DNA of 64,000 bases, taken from assembly GCA_963514005.1 (NCBI GenBank), contig OY740790.1, positions 38,068,001 to 38,132,000 on the forward strand, given 5' to 3'. The stretch comes from Raja brachyura. Lineage: Eukaryota. The notes beneath the pieces are model-generated. The model did not search any database and was not told where the DNA came from. It was given only the letters and a program-made list of their open reading frames with translations. Both the position numbers and the translations under genes were made by a program. Below are positions 62,351 through 64,000 of this stretch, piece by piece. The stretch's first letter is position 1. The number at the start of each line of letters is the position of its first letter.

Positions 62351-62839
62351 GGTAACCTTATAGAAACATTTGGACTGAAAGGAATAGCATAGATGTGGAT
62401 TTACAGTATGCAAAGTGTTATGATAGAAAGAGGAAGGGCATTTAGGTGAGGAGTACACATAACTAGACTGGGTTAGCTAGAATGCTGAGTCTTTCCATAC
62501 AGAGCAGATGTCAGCCAGGAAATTACTTAACATTTTTCCTGTTTAATTTGACGTGCTCTACAAAGCTGGTTTGTCGGAGTGCTACTCTTTTTGTTTATTT
62601 AACCTCCAACCAGGCGGAGTCAGCACAGCTAGTTCAGTCTTGTCCGATTCTGAAGAGTTGCTTGCTTGAGAGAAACCCCAGTTTCGAGTTAAGTCACTTC
62701 CAGGACCACCTCCCCCACTGGTGCACTATTTCTTTGCAGAATGACCAGATTTACAATCCAATCTGCACTGAATGTGTTTTTTTAAATGTTTAATTTTAAC
62801 TACATACAGCCCAACACTGATATTTTTAATTATGTTTCA

Positions 62840-63222
62840 AGATACATATGCTTCCCACGCACCACTCTTGCTTGCTACTCCACTAATTTCATCCCTCATT
62901 GGTCCTATCATTCCCCCACTGTTCTGTTCACATCCCCCACACTCGCTCCTCATTCCCCTCATTGCCACACTCCTTTCTTCCTCCTCAGCAACCCTCTCCT
63001 CACTCTCCCCTCACTGCTCCACTCACTCCCTCCTTGTAGCCCCACCACCTCGCACGTTTGTTCACGCACCTCTCACTACTCGCCTCATGCTATTCTCATC
63101 ATTCTCCTCTCTCCATTCACTTTAATTTTGTTCACTCCCCCCTCATTCTTCCAATCGCTGCTCATCGGTCCTCCACACACAGCCAAGTGCTGCTCCACTC
63201 ATTCCCTCCCTGCTACTCCCTC
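62840..63222. repeat. Pyrimidine-rich low-complexity tract (cactc/cctc-like)
   Basis: Strong C/T bias with recurring cactc motifs. Confidence 0.75.
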
Positions 63223-63237
63223 CTAAATGGTGATAAT

Positions 63238-63345
63238 GTTCAGCAGGTCAGACAGCATGTGTGGGCATAGATGCAGTGTTAACATTTCAGGTCATTGACC
63301 TTGCATCAGAAGTGAAAGGTCTTCAACCCAAAATGAACACTGTTT
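63238..63345. mobile_element. Old head-to-head Penelope-derived element
   Basis: cagcaggtcagacagcat..gttaacatttcaggtcattgaccttgcatcag, followed by tgaaaggtcttcaacccaaaatgaac. Confidence 0.55.
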
Positions 63346-64000
63346 TGAACTCCCAACTTGTGTACAATTGAGCATTTGAGATACCAGTCGGATGGATTTG
63401 GCATCTGTGGTGGAGCTGCAGGCATCTTCTGCCTAGTGGGGACTCGGTTTGCTGCAATATTGGAATGGCTGTGCTAAGTGGGCTGGTTTAACAATACGGT
63501 GCTCGTGATATTGGCTGACGTCTCTAATTAGATGTACTGCTGGGTGGCAGCATTTCTGACAAGGACTGTTTGGGATACGAAAGTTTCTCGGGAACGGATC
63601 ACTGTGGTAACCTGGAGGTGACCTAAACTTCTGTTTTAAAGCTAGCGGTTCACAGCTTGCTCTCAGGGCAGCTATTTCTCACTTCCTTAAGTCAGGAAGT
63701 CGGATGCCTTTCCTGCCTGTTCACCCTCTGTAACCACTGTGTTTCATACCATTGGCTTTATTTGGGGGTCTGTCAAGTTCATGTTTAGGTGCCGGTCTCC
63801 AAAAGGAATAAAGTCTAGGAGGAAGGCTGTGACAAGGGAGTCATTTAAAGAGTTTTACAACCCATTGTGTCTGTACCAACATTTTAAAGGAGCACTTTGA
63901 AATTGTAATTTTGCTGGTACAAGAGCCATACTCTCCACCAGTTTCCTACATGTTACACTATAACAAACTGGGTCCAACAGTATTGTGGTCCAATTAAACA

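Noticed and set aside
62772-63270. ORFs of 70-146 aa rich in S/P/L/H
   Set aside because: Products of a low-complexity pyrimidine tract.

Overview
This is eukaryotic, repeat-rich DNA. The repeat families (HE1/V-SINE-type tRNA SINEs and HER1-type CR1 LINE 3' ends) point to a cartilaginous fish, probably a skate or ray (inference). I found no recognisable host protein-coding gene, rRNA, true tRNA gene or CRISPR array, so the window looks intronic or intergenic. ORFs with recognisable products are all transposon remnants: CR1 RT, APE endonuclease and ORF1 esterase; Rex1/Babar RT C-terminus; RTE; Penelope-like RT/GIY-YIG; and a fossil PIF/Harbinger transposase. Non-coding mobile elements include four PIF/Harbinger-type MITEs, one hAT-type MITE, a probable solo LTR, an internally deleted RTE element and a Deu-domain SINE remnant. 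The most striking signal is a dispersed family of ~95-bp elements that begin with a minimal hammerhead-ribozyme core (CTGAAGA-A-GGGTC..GACCC-GAAAC-GTC). They occur as monomers with long target-site duplications, as head-to-head palindromes, nested in older relatives, and as cargo inside a DNA-transposon MITE. TE-poor stretches (e.g. about 13.6-19.6 kb) contain candidate regulatory motif clusters and isolated splice-site pairs that cannot be assigned to a gene. Family names come from pattern recall, not database searches. Boundaries of old repeats are approximate.
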